DNA of 64,000 nucleotides from Camelus ferus. Taxonomy: Eukaryota. Shown here piece by piece: positions 35,030 to 47,680 of the stretch. The DNA is taken from positions 85,250,001 through 85,314,000 of the forward strand of contig NC_045701.1 in assembly GCF_009834535.1 (NCBI RefSeq). Direction: 5' to 3'. Within the stretch, counting starts at the first letter, position 1, and every line of letters starts with the position of its first letter. The notes beneath the pieces were generated by a model that was not told the origin of the DNA, searched no databases, and was given only the letters and a program-made list of their open reading frames with translations. Made by a program: the position numbers and the translations under genes.

Positions 35030-35225
35030 GTCCCGCCACACACTCCCGGTCACACTGGGCAAGTTGCTTAGTGTCCATGTGCCTTGGACTCCTCACTCTT
35101 CCTCTCATAGAGGAAATGGGGCTAAACCTTAGGGCCTGTCCCGTGGGGTCAGCGCACATGTGTATGTGCTAGTTCAGTTGCTTAGAATGGCACCGGCATG
35201 TAGGTAATGTTACACAAAGGGGCTA
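35030..35225 (+). mobile_element. MIR SINE
   Basis: cactgggcaagttgcttagtgtccatgtgcc...gcttagaatggcaccggcatgtagg. Confidence 0.65.
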
Positions 35226-35904
35226 TGTTGTGCTTACTGTTGGTGCTCTGCATTGAGAAGGATTCTGAGGCCACATCAGGTTCAATATGACTGGAGATCC
35301 AAGGGAAAAGGGGATTACACTCAGTGTCACTGTCCCATCTGATCTCAGTGACATCGCGCCCCCGTGACTGGCTCTGAGCGAGCTTCCTGCTGTCGGAACT
35401 CTTCGACTTTCTTTGTCACATCCCTGACCAGGGTCTCCACCTTCCAAACCTCCCAGCCTCCCCTCTGCTCTCTTGACCTCATTCGTTCATTCCTTCCCTC
35501 CGCCCCAGGGGGTGGCAGGCTCATGGGAGAGATGTGCGGCTGGCATGGTTAGGAAGGCTTGGGCTGGACTTAGGAGGGTGGACAGGCTGTGGCCAAAGAG
35601 GAAGAACATTCTGGGTGGATGGCAGAGAGGGTCCTCCAGGAGATGAGGACCTGCCTGGCCTCACCCGGGGAGGGACAGGGGAGATGGCTGGTGGGGGTTG
35701 GGAACCAAAGCAGAGGAAGTCTATCCAAGGAGGTCCCTTGAGACCTCCAGGTCCCCACACCTGGAGCAGCCTTCCCCCCACCCCTTCCTCATGCAGTCAG
35801 CTCTCCTCTTCTTTCCAGACCAAGTTCAAAGCCCCAGAAGTTAGGCTTCCCCTTCCTCTTCTCTTGGCATCACAGCCCTGCAGTCTTTGACACGACACAG
35901 CCCA

Positions 35905-36065
35905 GTCATGGGCACAGAGTTCAGGCCCTGGCTTTGCTGCCTCTAAACCCAGGTGATCTCTGAGCCTCAGCATCCTGATCTGGAGAATGGGGAGAGTAAT
36001 ACTTGTACCCCTCTCTGGGGACACAGCCCAGTGCCCGGCCGAGAATAAATGCTTAGTAATAGCAT
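35905..36065 (+). mobile_element. MIR SINE
   Basis: ctctgagcctcagcatcctgatctggagaatggggagagtaatac. Confidence 0.7.
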
Positions 36066-36674
36066 TCCTAGTCACCACGTTGTAGTATTTACCGAGTGTT
36101 CACCGACCGCTCCCTGCCCCCGACCCCCACACCTAGCACAGCACTGCAGGCCCCCAGAAGGACGGCTGAGGAACTCAGACTCTCAGAGTGCCATGTGCAG
36201 AATTGTTTGAAAGTACTTTCACCTGTGTTAGTCCGTTTTATTCCTCCAGCGTGACCCTGTGGGACAGGCAGGGCCGCAGACACGTGTGGACCCACTTTTC
36301 CAATGAGGAGAGAAATCCTGGGCTGTTCGCTGAGGCCCTGGGTCTTCTGCTCACCCTGACGATTCAGCTGCGGATCTATTGCTCCCAGTGCAAGAGGCAG
36401 AATGGAAATACTTCAAAGCGAGGAAGTGAGGATGCAAAATATTACGGTGGAACTGCTCCTCCCCCCGAAGCTGGGTCCACGTGGCAACAGAGCATCAGGT
36501 GGGGGAGCAGACAGGGTGACCTCTGGGTGTGAGTGACAGGGACCAGGCTGGTGGCAACCCAGTCCAATGACAGATCGGACCATTTGGACCAGAACTCCCG
36601 CTGGGCCCCCGGGCTTGTGGATTCGAGCAGCAGGAAGAGGCATCTGAAGACCTACGCTGAGTCTCACACAGTAT

Positions 36675-36820
36675 CTCACACAATCCCCCACAACGCTCTG
36701 AAACTGATATTACCATTATCCCCAATTTACAGATGAGGAAACTGAGGCTCCAAGGAAGAAGCAACCTGCTCAGGCCACTTGGTTCATCAGAGACAGCAAG
36801 CGGAGGTTCAGCCTGGACTT
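36675..36820 (-). mobile_element. MIR SINE
   Basis: attatccccaatttacagatgaggaaactgaggctc is a near-consensus core. Confidence 0.88.
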
Positions 36821-37544
36821 GTCTTTCTCTGTTTTCTAGTCACGGTGCACCCCTCAGGAAGGCTGATGGGACAAATCCGAAAACCGTTCTACAGGCCCGT
36901 GTTCAACCCTCCACTCTGTTGGCCGGGGGTTGTACAACGTCCACGTACGGGGCACTTTCTACATCGCAGAGCACCTTCACATGCAGGGAATGCCGCGCCC
37001 TCCACCAGTGATGGTTTCCGTCCTGGAGTCTTTGTAAGTACAAGGAATGACATCAACCTTTACAGTAGAGGCTTGAAAGCTTTGAGCCCTCGTTGTGTCT
37101 ATAAAGCTTCAAGGCGCCCTCAAGGCTGCCAATTCCAGACAACCGAGAAGTACCAGGCTGCAAATTTGCCATGAGCACATCCCGTTTCCATGATGACGTC
37201 TCGCTGGGCTGGTGACTATGATGTCACTTCAACACATCGTAGTTTCAAAAAGTCGTTCCTGGGTACCTACTCACTCATCAGACACCTGCTGGGCATCTCC
37301 CATGTGCCAGCCACAGGACTGGTTTGGAGTTCACTGTCAGAGTCCCCATCTGCCTGGGGCTCACACAGCGGGGGAAGGCAGGGGCAGTCAACAGCAGCAA
37401 ACAGTGTGTCCAGAACCATGCGAAGGAGACAAAGAGATTGCTGCGGGTAAGAGAGAAAGGGGTCCTGGGCTGACCAGAGACACCACTCTGAGGGGTGGCT
37501 ACTAGTCTGAACCCTAAAAGGCAATATTTGATCCTCACATCTCT

Positions 37545-37720
37545 CCCTGTGGCAGGTAGATCAGGGATTATTTATTACTTTTCAGAAGAGAAAACCCAGG
37601 CTCAGAGAAGTTAAGTCACTTACCCAAAATCACACAGCTAACAATCCACAGAGCCAGGGCTCCAACAAGGGCCCCCTGGACTTCAAGCCTTGGACCCTTT
37701 CTCTATGTCTTCACTGCCTT
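37545..37720 (-). mobile_element. MIR SINE
   Basis: ggctcagagaagttaagtcacttacccaaaatcacacagctaac. Confidence 0.82.
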
Positions 37721-38021
37721 ATACAGATCCCCCTGCAAATTACTCAGTAGAGTGAAAACACAGAGTTGACATTGAAAAGCGTGATGCTGTAGAGTAGGGT
37801 GCCTATAACTGAAAAAGAGATGCTTTTTCCATTTTGAAAGGATCCCAGCCAGTTCTACAAGGGAAGCAGACACATCTCAGGAGGTTCAAATTGTTACATG
37901 ATGAAGACTTGACAGGGAGCGTCTGCAAAACTCGTGTCCTGTCAGTACGTTTTTAGGGATGTCATTACACCCGGGTTTTAACAGCCACTAACAATAAAAA
38001 CAAGACTCAGCAAAGGAGGGC

Positions 38022-38025
38022 AGAG

Positions 38026-38068
<43 letters not shown>

Positions 38069-38093
38069 GTGTGTGTGTATGCGCACGCATGTG
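38022..38093. repeat. (AG)4(GT)17 GC (GT)7 compound microsatellite
   Basis: Direct reading; purine-pyrimidine alternation unbroken over 38029-38093. Confidence 0.97.
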
Positions 38094-38144
38094 GCTCCAC
38101 GCCTCCTCCCAGTGACAGGGTCAGGGAAAAATTTTCTGTGACTA

Positions 38145-38340
38145 NNNNNNNNNNNNNNNNNNNNNNNNNNNNNNNNNNNNNNNNNNNNNNNNNNNNNNNN
38201 NNNNNNNNNNNNNNNNNNNNNNNNNNNNNNNNNNNNNNNNNNNNNNNNNNNNNNNNNNNNNNNNNNNNNNNNNNNNNNNNNNNNNNNNNNNNNNNNNNNN
38301 NNNNNNNNNNNNNNNNNNNNNNNNNNNNNNNNNNNNNNNN
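38145..38340. other. Assembly gap (196 N)
   Basis: Run of N. Confidence 1.
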
Positions 38341-38690
38341 TCCTTTCCTGTAGATTGGGTTTCAACGAGCCTAAGTGAAATAGACACCCTCCCTCTAGAA
38401 CAACATTTCGATATGAAAATTGCATTATTGCCGTCAACATCAGGTTACCTGAGGAACCAGCCACTTGGAAAACAATTATTTCCACAAAGAGCGGAATGAC
38501 ACGTACGTTGCCTCAACTTTACAAGAGCCGCGATGTTCTGTTTATGGTGTTTCTGTAAGGCCACGTCTCACCTCGTTGCTAAATGCTAATGGAGAAAAGT
38601 CAGTTGAATTTTATGTCACAGCAGCTGCAATATTTTCATCTTCATATAGGGGTGAACAACGGAAGGGAGAGGGCGGCCAGCTACAATCTG
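38341..38690. promoter_or_regulatory. Putative enhancer-like unique island
   Basis: AT-richer unique sequence retaining CpGs; TTTATGG 38541, TTTTATG 38609, CAGCTG. Confidence 0.35.
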
Positions 38691-38699
38691 ATCCACCTT

Positions 38700-38865
38700 G
38701 GACCTGTCGTGTGCCAGGCACTGGCTTTCTCCCGGGCATTGTTCTCACAAGGTTTCAAGGTGATGGTACTTCCCCAATTTGAGGATGAGGAAACCGCAGT
38801 CTCAGGAAGGCAAAGTGAATTCACTAGGGTCACAGAGCTGCTGTTCAAGCTCATTTCTCTAACCC
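38700..38865 (-). mobile_element. MIR SINE
   Basis: ccccaatttgaggatgaggaaaccgcagtctcagg...agggtcacagagctg. Confidence 0.72.
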
Positions 38866-39764
38866 GCGATTGTTGCCTGGCTTTGTAGAAAGCAGTGCAT
38901 ATATCACTTTGTTCATTGGACAAACACGGGCAAGAAAAGTACCACTAAGCACCGGTTCCCTGATGGTTGTGGAAACCCCAAGAGTCCACACACTCGTGCT
39001 GATGACAGCAATCTTACAACTTTTGTACAAATTTGGCCATTCCTGTCTTCTCTTATTTGACCTTCACCGTGGCCCCGTGAGAGCGGATACTAATGCCATT
39101 TTATAGAGTTTCAGAGTCCAGGGTCACGGAGTGGAAGGGGCAGGGATGGAGCTAAGAGCCGTCTCTGGATCCAAGGCGAATCTCTCCACACCGCACATCC
39201 ACAGCCGGCCACCAATCGTGTCTGGACTCAAGTTCTGCGGGCGCTGCGGGGAGGAGAGGGGAATACTCTTAGGACTACCCCCAAAGTGGTTTTCAGGTGA
39301 GTGACACAGAAAAGCCTGTTTTCTTCTCAGCTTTCTGCTCTTACGGGATGGAAGGGGGAAATAGCAAAATAAGGGGAGGCAGTTCAGTGAGGCTTGAACT
39401 GCTCGGCTGAGGCAGACGTGCATCTCTGCAGGCCCGTGGGGCGGGGCTGAGGGTGGCACTTCCTCTGAGGCTGGGAGAACCTACCAGACTCTGATCTCGT
39501 CGCAGAGAATGTTCCGTCAGCCCGATCTGCCATCAGATGCCATAGGGAGAGTTGAGAAGCTTGTGGCTGGCGGAGAACAAATGGAGATAAATTGAGCACC
39601 TGGCGTCAGGGGTGGTGATGGGGCTGGATGCAACCCATGCCTCTGTCATTCTGGGACTCCATGCGTTAGGGAACTTCATGTCCACATTTTCTCTGGGACA
39701 CGGCTCAGTGACCCCGAGGACACCGGTGCAGACGGAGCAAGGGCAGTGCTGCTCTGCCGCTTGC

Positions 39765-39960
39765 TTACTGCCGGTGGGCAAGCCCTTGACATCTGTGAGC
39801 CTCAGCTATCTCATCTGGGAAATGGGGACGAAGGTAGGTCCTTCCTCACTGGCCTGTCTGTCATCAGGATTAAATGACGACAGGATTAAATGAGAGTGGG
39901 TGTGAGCACTTAATGCAGTGCCAGCCACACAGTAAGTGCTCAATAAATGTAGACTATGAT
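39765..39960 (+). mobile_element. MIR SINE
   Basis: gagcctcagctatctcatctgggaaatgggg...cagtaagtgctcaataaatg. Confidence 0.85.
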
Positions 39961-40089
39961 TTCCAGACTTTTTCTTCCTTCAAAGCAAGAAAATTCATGC
40001 AAAACTCCTGGCTTCGAAACTTGAACACTCATGCCTTGCTCGAGGGCCTCTAGAATCTGCTCTCAGGGAGAGGCTGACATTCATCAGAA

Positions 40090-40870
40090 CATACAGTCAA
40101 ATGGGACCCCATAGGTTTCCGAGTGCCCACATTTTGGGCCCCATCGCAACTCTATTAGCTGCATAAAATATTCGAAGCGATAGCCAAGAAGGCGGCCCCT
40201 TTGCCAAGGTTCCCCCAGCCCGTCCTCTGGAATTGATTACTTGGAGCCTTTCAGAAACGCAGGAATAAAACGATGCCAGGGCTGATGGACAAGCTGGGGA
40301 CCGACTCATGTTTCTAATCCAGCGGCCCCCCTTTCCCCTCCCACCCCGGAACAAAGTCTTCTCCAGTTTTTAGTAAACTTAACTTGACAATCGTCAAAGA
40401 GAATCAAACAGCAGAGAAACGAAGCCTTTAAAAGATGTCAAAAGAAGTCAGAATGGGTAGAAATCTACTACGCTCCCCTCCCCCCGAATTAGTATTTAAA
40501 TCTTTTAGGGACAGGCTCCAGAAGCTGCATTATTTAACTTGCTGGCACTCATGTTTATTTTGGGTATTAACTCCTCACCTCTTTAGTGTAATCCCCTGGC
40601 TTAATCGGAGGGTTACTGGGAAGACACCAATTAGCAGCACCGGCTCTCTCCCTCCCCACCCCAAATCCCCACATGGGAGGGGTGAATTCCTTGAAAGGCA
40701 GATAATTAGCAGAAGGTGCTGCTCTGTTCTCTGCAGGCCAAGGGGTGGGAGCGGGCCCAGACCACCAACAGACTGAGGGCACTTTCAACACCCCCGGCAT
40801 TATCAGGAGAGCCTCCCCACCTTTGTGGATCCCTCCCCAACCCTTGCTCATTAACAGCTCCAGCTGGGGG
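40090..40870. promoter_or_regulatory. Putative enhancer (homeodomain-motif-dense unique island)
   Basis: TAATCC 40315 and 40589, TAATCG 40602, ATTGATTA, CAATTAG, ATAATTAG, TGTTTAT; no repeat similarity. Confidence 0.45.
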
Positions 40871-42814
40871 CTTCTCTCTACACAAAGCCACTTTGCAGCC
40901 CAAGGATTTAGCACAGAATAGGTTGGAGGTGCACCCCAAACATCTGGGCACAGCTGGCTAGCTGGGGTAGCCCCGCACTCTCACTCAGGAGCTCAGCTTC
41001 TCCGATCACGTGAAGTGTGACCAGATTCCTGGGTCTGGCTCCTGCTGGGGACGGAGGAGGCAAAATGCCCATTTGTTGATCATCTGCCATGTGCCAAGCC
41101 CTGCGCTAGGCAATTTATAAATTCCACATAAAGATCCACATCTCTGCAGGTCCAGCCTGACCACCCCATTTCTGCTCAGGCCCCCTGGATTCCCTTCCCA
41201 GTGTGGCTCCCTGCTGTCGGGGAGTCTCTTGAGGTGAGGTCAGGGAAATGCACGTGTGGATGTAGGTGTGGTATTTGTATACGAAGACACATTTGTCCCT
41301 CCACAGCTCCCGCCAGCCTGCGCATCTCCAAGATGGAGATTCCTTATGGCCCAAAGCAGCCAATGGCTTTTCTCTGGGACCTCAGGCTGCCCACCTCTCC
41401 TGTCCCCAAGCACGCGAGTCTTCCTGCGATCTCTGGGCTCTGCTGCCATGCTCAGAGGGGATCACTTGGACTATTCTGTTTCCTTTCTAGCAACAAAACA
41501 GAATGTCTCCAGCCTGCTTGGGCCAGGAATCTTCTCTCTGATTGTAATCTGGTCTGGAACTGGTCTGGTAGAAACCAACTCAGTGAGCTGAAAAAGCTGG
41601 CAGTTAGAGCTAGGGCCAAAACCAATGCCACCGCCCCTGCCTGGCTAGGTCACAGTAGATGGGTCACTGGAAGTCTCTGGCCACTGTCCCCGCATCTGTA
41701 AGGCTGGATAGCAACCTGCCTTCCAGGGGCCGGAGGACTGTGCAGGGCTGAGTGCATGCGGCACCTGGTCGGTTCACAGCATGTGGAAGGAACTCCGTGA
41801 ATGGGTTTCCTGTCTTCTCCTATGCATTGAGATCAATGAATGTTCTGGAAATGTTTTAACCACGAAGGTTCAGGGATGGCAGTTTTCTTGCTCTGATAGA
41901 GATTTAGTTCCCCTTTCAGTTTTCTGACTTTGAGAAAAATGACCTGACTCGCTGTTACCTGTGCGTACTGGGTCCTAGCAAAGGAAACCTTAAGTATTTT
42001 CATGCCAACCCTTCCTGGGGAGCTGAACATGAGTCTGGGGGCCTGCCTCGAGGCTGCTGCCCTGTGAACCTGGAAGAGCCCTGATCTCTGCTGGCTGTTT
42101 TCGCTAGTGAGAGCCCCGGGCTAGTGCCACTCAATTCCTGCAGTCCCTGCGGAGATCACACCCACAGGGTGACCCAGGAGGGCGAGGGGGGTCGTCAGCA
42201 ACAGCAATAGAATGTAACAGAGAGGTCCGTCCCCAGGAGCTAGATTCTGGTGTGTGATCAGCATTGGAACTGCTCGTGTGAGGGGCCCCGGGGTCAGACG
42301 TCCTGAGTGATAGGCCCGACCTTGCCACTGAACCGCCCCCTGACCTCGGCCACGCCATCCTCTCTGGCCTCTGTGTCCTCACCACCCAGTGAGGGTAGAA
42401 TTGGATGGGATGGTCCACTTCGAAGAATCTGTCTTGGAGGTGGCCGGATTGCGTCCTGGAGACCTGGGGCTGGTCCTCCCTGGACAAGTTTTCTTGAGTT
42501 GGTTGAACGGTCCTGCAGGTCTTCCCTGAGCTCATGTTAGAGAGGTCTGTCTTGGGCTTCACTCATGGACTTTCTGCTAACAGTTCATGGCAAGGACATA
42601 CTCATAAGGGGATTTCTCTAGAAAGCAGATTCTAGCCCTGGCTTCCAGGCCAGCCACCAGGATGACATGATCTTCCAGGAACCACCATGATGTGGCCATG
42701 ATTGTCAGGCCAGCCCCCTGTTCCCCCCACATGCAGTGACCAGTTTCATGGGATGTCCTCGGAAACTCCCTTCCAGGATCGCGCCACTGAGCAGGAGGAA
42801 GAGGCGGGACTTTG

Positions 42815-42985
42815 CGCCCTGACAGCCCAGTTCAGATCCCAGCTGCACCGCTTGTTCATTACCCATCACCTTGGGCCAGCCCTTACCCTCGCTGATCCTC
42901 AGTTTTCTCATCTCTGTGCTGGGGATAAAGGCTCCTGCTCCTTGGGTTGCTGGGAGGATCAAATGGCAGAAAATGCACAAGGAGA
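42815..42985 (+). mobile_element. MIR SINE
   Basis: cagttcagatcccagctgcacc...cctcagttttctcatctctgtgctggggata. Confidence 0.75.
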
Positions 42986-44889
42986 TGTACATACAAAACG
43001 TACTAGAAGAAGGGACTCCCCCAATTCCACTTCCTCCTCTAATCTGCCACTAGGTCATCCTGGCCATCCCGATGTCCTCGGTAGAGCGGGTCGATCTTGG
43101 AAACAGTGGGGACCTGTGCTGATCTGCCACTTCCTTCATTCTCTCTTCCATTCATGGCAGGGCTACTATTGGGCGCCCATTACGTATTCTGTCCAGTGGC
43201 AGATCCCAGGAACAGAGAGATGGAGAACCCTCTCCACTTGCTTTCAAATGCTCATTATCTAGAGAGAAGAGACACGTAGCACGCATATGAGGGTGCAGGT
43301 GGCACACGCACAATAGGCCATGGAAGCACGAGAGGGCCACCCAAGCTTGCCTTTCTCTTAAGTGCAGGGTTTGGATGCCATGCTTCCAAGGCAACTTTCT
43401 ACCTGCCTGTGGGAGAGGAGTGATCAAGAGGAATTCTGAGTCCTGTGTTTTGGGGTCTTTGTCTAAGTTAACGCTCTGTACAAATGGAAGTATCTTTGCC
43501 ACATCATCCCTGTCACTCTCACACAGAGTACCCCAGCTTCTTAAAGGATTCTTCCTCCCAAGAGCTCCTATCCATGATCCCACAGGCAGGATTCGCTGAA
43601 GTTCCCAAATGATGCCCCAAATACACTCATCGTTATTAAGACTCTTCTCCTGCGCCAGCTTCCAATCATACCGCCTTCAGTTCACATTTGGTGAGAACCC
43701 ACAGGAGACCCCCCCCCACCAGACCCTCCACCTATAGACCCCAAAGGAAAGCATTCCTAGGGGCAGACAGCACGTCTGCTCCCCTAAGAATCCCCCGTCT
43801 CCGGCTGCCTTCCAGCTCCCCTGCTCTCCACACCGCCAGTGCCGCCTCTACCAATTTTTCTTTTACACACAGAGTGAGATTTCACAGTAAAAGGAAAATT
43901 CTGGAGGAACTGGTAAAAGTTGGCTGCTGATGTCTGGGTAAGTTCTAGTGAGTCCCTGGTCCTTGGAAAGATGTCAGAGCACAAAGACGTTTGCCAGGGA
44001 GGTGGGGAACCAGCCCCACCCCCCGAGGCTCATTCATCCCCTTCTCTCCCTCCTCTGCAGTGAAATATCAGGAAAAAGGGGGAGTGGAGTGAATTATGTG
44101 ACTAGATGCGGTATTTTATGAAATACAAGAAGAAAAATGCTCTAAAACCCATAATCATAAACACAGCATATGGAAAAAGGAAAGAGCTAGTTTTGAGTAA
44201 GAAGACTCTTTTATCTACTTCCATCCCCTTCCCTTTCTGGTCAATATTAGATACATAATCAGAGAAATTCTTAAATTTCACCCAAGGCTTACTTGAGTTG
44301 GAAGCTTGATTTAAAAAAAAAAAAAAAGAGATTCCCTACCATGCGCTCTATTGCAAGGATTTTCTTTCTCAAATGCTTTCACCTGTCAAAAGTCCTCTGT
44401 CCAGAAACTTACCAGATCCCTCTACTCTCTCGTTCTGCAAAGCAGAGGGGAAGGGGACCACGTCCAGTGTCTACTGTGAGCCGGGCACAGACATCTGGCA
44501 CCTCCCACTGTCTCCGGGAAGGTCTGTGAGGACAGTGGGCTGCCCGTAGGCTCATGGGCTCAGAGAGGCCATGAGCCTCGCCAAGGAGCACCAGCCAGGG
44601 AGCAGCAGGGCCAGGATGCTGTGTGACCCCCAAAACCCAGGGCACCCCACCTCCCTGCACAGAGCTCCCATTTGAGGAGGCTCTCTGTTAAAATGCAGAG
44701 TAATTGGGGTAAAGAAATGTTTTCTCCCCAATAACCACATTAACATTCTCAGTTTCCTTCATGCTTCTATGTTTTTATTCCTCCAAAAAAAGCCACATGA
44801 AAAGACTGTTCAGTCACTTTATCCTATTTGAAATGTTTCCTGCCTCCCTCCCTCTCTTCCTTCCTTCTTCCTCCCTGCATTTTTCCTTT

Positions 44890-46320
44890 CTTGATTATTA
44901 TTTTTTACTTACTGAGCTCTGCTATATATCATTAACATGCACACATCTACCAGCTTGTGGTGAATTTGTAACATACATATGTCCACAGACATTTGTCTGG
45001 ACCACTCAGGACCCCTCCCTCTTGACCCTCCCCCAGCAATCTAGGTAAGGACTGTCTGGACCTTTAACAGCAGAGAGTCATTTCACTGGTCCCTCGCCAT
45101 CAATGTTGCATGCTTCATCAGGTCGTCACTTTTCCTTGCTGTATAGTATTCCATTCAATGATTCTACCTCTAATTATTTATTTATTCATTCTACTGATAA
45201 CGGACATTTGGTTGTTTTCATTTTTCAGCTAATGTGTAGAATGTTGATATGAGCTTTTTTGTACCTGACTGTTTATGGACATAAACACACTTTACTTGGG
45301 TATATAACCAAAAGTAGAATTACTGGGTAATGATGTATAAAATGTTTTTCTTGATGATGATGATGATTATTACTATTTATTTCAGCAGTGATAAACATTA
45401 CTGTAAAGCATTAAATAAAGAAAAATTACACCTCACCTCCTCTAGAGGCATCCCCCAGTGTATGTTCTAATAAACTTTTCCACCAGCTCCTGCAGCATAC
45501 ATGTACACACACACCACATGTGTGCAGTGTTTGGCATTTCTATCTTTCCTGTTTATTTTCTTTTTTAAACATAAGATCATTTAATAACACTCCTTGTGAC
45601 TTGCCTTTTTTATTTTTATTTATTTTTTGCTTAAATTTTGCAGATCTTGGCCATTGCCTCCTGACTGACACATATGAATCTTTTCATTCTGCTCAATAGC
45701 TGAAATAATATCCCAGAAAATGGATCTAAAATTCTTTATTCAACCAGCATTCTCTTTGGATGGAGGTCATCTCCAGTGTTTTCACCTTGACACACAAGGC
45801 TACCATGAAAATTCTGAGACATATGTCATTTAGTCCTGCTATTTTTATATTCCTTGTCCAGCAGTTTCCCAGAACTGTGATTTCTGTATTAAAGGAAATG
45901 TGCATTTTCAAATGGAATATATCCAAGCCAGACACAAAAGAACACATATTGTATAATTCCATTTATATGAGGTACACAGAATAGTCAGATGTATATAGGG
46001 ATGGAAAATAAAACCGAGGTAACCAGGGGCAGAGCTGGGGAAGCGGGGAACTGGTGTTTAACCAGCACAGAGCTTCTGTTTGGGAAGATGACACATGGTG
46101 GTGACGGCTGAACAACAACATGAATACATTCAATGCCTGAGCTGTACACTGAAAAATAGTTAAAATAGTCAATTTTAGGTTATATATATTTTATCACAAC
46201 ACCAACTTTTTTAAATTAAAAATTAAAATGTAATATACCCAGTGATGACTTCCTAAAGCCATTGGTTTACCAAGTACAACAGACATGGGTGTCCCACCCA
46301 CATCTCCTTAGCACTCTGGG
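44890..46320 (-). mobile_element. L1ME-type fragments (host of a nested L1MB)
   Basis: ttgctgtatagtattccattcaatg...ggacatttggttgtttt; acacaaggctaccatgaaaattctgagac; continues after 46241. Confidence 0.7.
45926..46225 (+). mobile_element. L1MB-type 3' end with degenerate TSD
   Basis: agccagacacaaaagaacacatattgtataattccatttatatgagg...ctgtacactgaaaaatagttaaaatag; TSD 14/16 identical at 45910-45925 and 46226-46241. Confidence 0.88.
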
Positions 46321-47329
46321 TTCTGGGAAATTCCAGCTGCGTCCTGCCGCAAGCACCTGGGACTCCTCTCCTGCGGTCCCCACGATGGAGCAGACAAACG
46401 TGCTGCGGAAACACTGCTCCCAGAGAGCCCTCAGCCGATGACGAACCGAAGGCAGAAGAAAAAGGCCTCAGTTCCTTGCCTCTCAGATGGGGTGACTCTG
46501 TGACTTAGTTGACCCTCCAGAGGTCCCCGGATGAGGGGTCCTCCAGAGACTCATGCTTGGGGATGCACCTGCTACCGGCTTCCTGCCCTCCCCTCTCCTC
46601 TTGCTTCCCGCCCTTCCCCTATCCTCTTGCTTCCCCACTGCTTCCATCGTACTTCCTGGGATCTCCTCCCAAATAGCTGTGACCATTGTGCCCTGTCTCA
46701 GGGTCAGCCCCTGGGGGACCCGACCCAAGATGTCAGCTATCTGTTGATTGGCTGCCTGGGCTTTGTCGAGGAGACAGAAGTGAGCGGGCACAGTGCACAG
46801 CCAGGGCAGAAACACGGCTCCACAGGGTGCGAGGAAGTCTCCCCACCCAGAGTCCAGAGAAAAGAGCAGCCTCTGAGGCTGCCACATCTGGACATCTAAA
46901 GAGACCTGTGCTGGACGGTGCATGCAGTGGAGCTGGAGGGACAGAGGTGACAGGTGTCGTGTCAGGAGGACTGGTGCAGACAAAGGGCCAGATGCTGGGG
47001 TCTGCAAGCCCTGTACAGTTAGGTGCGCCCTGGGTCCTGCCATGGGAGTGTGACTCACATCTGCCAGGCAGTAGCGGGGAGGGGAGGGCTGGGGCAAATC
47101 ACTCAGATGAGTGTAAAACCGCCTCCAGGAGGACCACGGGAGTCAGTGTGCGTGGACGTGCTTTGCAAAGTGTAAGGCAGATGGTAGTCATTTGGGTTCA
47201 TGCTTCCTTAAGAGGGTGGATATCTGTGCCTGGGGCCTTTAAAAGGTCACCACACTCCACATCCCCCAACACACACTCTGCTCTGAGCCGTTTGGAGCAG
47301 TGGGAGTCTTGAAATAGGAAGGATAGGAA

Positions 47330-47480
47330 GAGGCTGCTGTTTCTCATGGCCTTACTGCTGTAATTAACACAAACAGTGTTTTTAATGACCTTGCCAACAC
47401 AATCGGGGTGCTCTCTAACAAGAAAGAAAAAAAGATTTCTTACCAGCTTCATCCTCCTTGTGCTTACTAACTGCCGGCAA
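47330..47480. promoter_or_regulatory. Short putative enhancer-like element
   Basis: TAATTAA 47361, TTTAATGA 47381 and ACAAACA within 30 bp. Confidence 0.3.
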
Positions 47481-47574
47481 AGTGGCTGGCACCATGCCAG
47501 GGGAGATATGGAGACACAGTCTGTGAGCAGCTCATGTTCTGTTTGGGGAGGTGAACTGTAAATAGCCAGCTGAC

Positions 47575-47680
47575 CCTGAACAAGCCATTTCACCTTCTAT
47601 GAGCCTCAGTTTTCTCATCTGAGAAATGGGGAGAACCCCACTAATCTGATACAGATGTTCAGATGCTTCATCAAGCTGAT
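47575..47680 (+). mobile_element. MIR SINE
   Basis: ccctgaacaagccatttcaccttctatgagcctcagttttctcatctgagaaatgggg. Confidence 0.8.

Noticed and set aside
37190-37300. Possible C/D-box snoRNA (ATGATGA at 37190-37196)
   Set aside because: No CTGA D box at a suitable distance downstream and no terminal stem
46483-47312. Overlapping 204-aa (-) and 208-aa (+) ORFs
   Set aside because: Pro/Gly/Ser/Ala-rich composition on both strands is what GC-rich non-coding DNA produces; no domain recognised
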